A stretch of 64,000 nt of DNA, taken from positions 151,776,001 to 151,840,000 of the forward strand of contig CM126207.1 of assembly GCA_052327205.1 (NCBI GenBank). Reading direction: 5' to 3'. The stretch is from Somniosus microcephalus (taxonomy: Eukaryota). The position numbers and the translations under genes are program-made. Below the pieces are notes generated by a model that made no database searches, was not told the origin of the DNA, and saw nothing but the letters and a program-made list of their open reading frames with translations. This document shows positions 62,691 through 64,000 of this stretch, one piece after another (within the stretch, counting starts at the first letter, position 1; the number at the start of each line of letters is the position of its first letter).

Positions 62691-64000
62691 TGCAGGCAAA
62701 GGCTGCAAGACCAGGAAAATTACTTTAAACCAGTTTAAAGAAGCCCCAAACCCTTACAATGGTGACCACGGCAGGACTGCAGGCCGTTTTTGATATGATA
62801 TGTGGTCTGGATCTAGAGAAAGCATCGGTTATTGCCTTTCTTGCTTTCAGTCTGTGGGCAGCCCTGCAGAAGGTAGTGGCAGTGTGTAAGCTGACTTATC
62901 GGGGTATAGGTGGCTGGGCTAGGAAGGGTGAGATGGGAGAGCAGGAGGAGTTTAAAGAGGCCAAGAATCAGGAGTCCCAGCTTGAAAAATGCCAGGCGGA
63001 GGTAGAACGCCTCAGAGAGGTGTATGAGGCCAGAGCTAGTGGCATGAGGGTGCAGGAAGAGAATGCACGCCTCACACTAGAGGTCACGAAATGCCAGGCA
63101 TTTATAGAGCGCCTTGTGCAGGAAGGCACAGAGGTGAGGGACAGAGAGATGAGGCTACAAGAGGAGAATGCACACCTCACCCAAAAAGCTAGTGAGGGAG
63201 AGAGCCATGCGAGAAACGAGATGGAATTCCTAAAGTACCAAATCACTGAGGCCAGGGAAAATGAGATGAGACTGTGGGAAGAGAATGCCAGGTTTGGTGA
63301 AGCAGATCATGGCCCCTGTAGGGCAGAGATAGAAAGCCTTAACATGGATTTAAAGGCATCAAAGGGAATGATTTGCATGATCAGCCCGAAGGCAGGTCAG
63401 CCGGATTTTACTGGCAGCCCAAGTAGAACCATCCCACAGGCAGCACCCAGAACAGTGCTGGATTGGGAATTAGAGACCCCAAGACTGCAGCCCACAGCTC
63501 CGAGTCTTGATGAGCTCTGGCAGTGAGGAGGGGTGGACAATGGGGTGGTAGGATATCACCAGCAGGTCCCGCTAGGCAGGCGGGGACCAGGACCAGTGTA
63601 CCCCCTCCAACAACTGAGGTACGGTCCGCCCGTGAGGAGTGAGCCTGAGAATAGGAATCCTCAGCCCACAGCAAGTTCGAGTTCACAGGCAAGCACTGTG
63701 GCTTGTGTGGGGGGAGGAGCCATTCATATTCAGAGTAAGCTGTTTAAGCCAGGGAACAGGAAAGGAGAGTTCTGGGCCCCCTGTAGAGAAGGTCCAGTAG
63801 CAGAAATCCGGGACAAGGGAGGCACACAGGGGATAGTTTTGGCCCCAGATGAAAGGCAGGTCCAAAATTCCCCATTTAAAGCCACCTGGGTGAGGGAACA
63901 TGAGTTTGCTGTCCATGCAAGTTCAAGTTCACAGCCTACAAAAACAGGAACTGTGACTTGTTTCCAGGGAAAAGTAGACAAACCCAGAGAGAGATTTGCA
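62691..64000 (+). mobile_element. ERV-like element 3: U5 end, PBS-Arg, and truncated gag-tail fusion (runs off the window)
   Basis: 68-bp LTR end, then A and PBS TGGTGACCACGGCAGGAC (62760-62777), with an ORF starting at the PBS ATG. Confidence 0.8.
62759..63526 (+). CDS. Gag-derived protein with N-terminal hydrophobic segment, repeated coiled coil and PTAP
   Basis: Homology to Gag1/Gag2 (YQITEARENEMRL, DH..C, KASKGMICMISP). The frame stays open after the TGA to the window end. Confidence 0.65.
   Translation: MVTTAGLQAVFDMICGLDLEKASVIAFLAFSLWAALQKVVAVCKLTYRGIGGWARKGEMGEQEEFKEAKNQESQLEKCQAEVERLREVYEARASGMRVQEENARLTLEVTKCQAFIERLVQEGTEVRDREMRLQEENAHLTQKASEGESHARNEMEFLKYQITEARENEMRLWEENARFGEADHGPCRAEIESLNMDLKASKGMICMISPKAGQPDFTGSPSRTIPQAAPRTVLDWELETPRLQPTAPSLDELWQ

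Overview
Vertebrate repeat-dense DNA, most likely from a cartilaginous fish. That host is inferred from HE1/V-SINE-type SINEs and CR1 3' tails; no intact host gene is present. About 1-38425 is a 21-bp tandem satellite (consensus ~GCTCTGATCAGACTGTACGCT) with kb-scale higher-order repeats. It is interrupted by two solo LTRs and a 9.1-kb endogenous retrovirus-like provirus (7776-16875, minus strand, 4-bp TSD). The provirus has 1.55-kb LTRs, a tRNA-Arg PBS that contains the gag AUG, an intact 643-aa gag ending in UGA-CUAG, and an internally deleted pol. Its ~788-codon env has an F-protein-like (lokiretrovirus-like) layout with an N-terminal Ig-like domain. From 38426 to the end is a nested TE pile: CR1 and other LINEs, SINEs, three Gypsy-type LTR elements, and two more relatives of the provirus, one of which has a dual RNase H pol. 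One Gypsy element carries an in-frame fragment of host RALBP1; another has a self-complementary non-tRNA PBS. All family assignments are from motif recognition by eye, not database searches.
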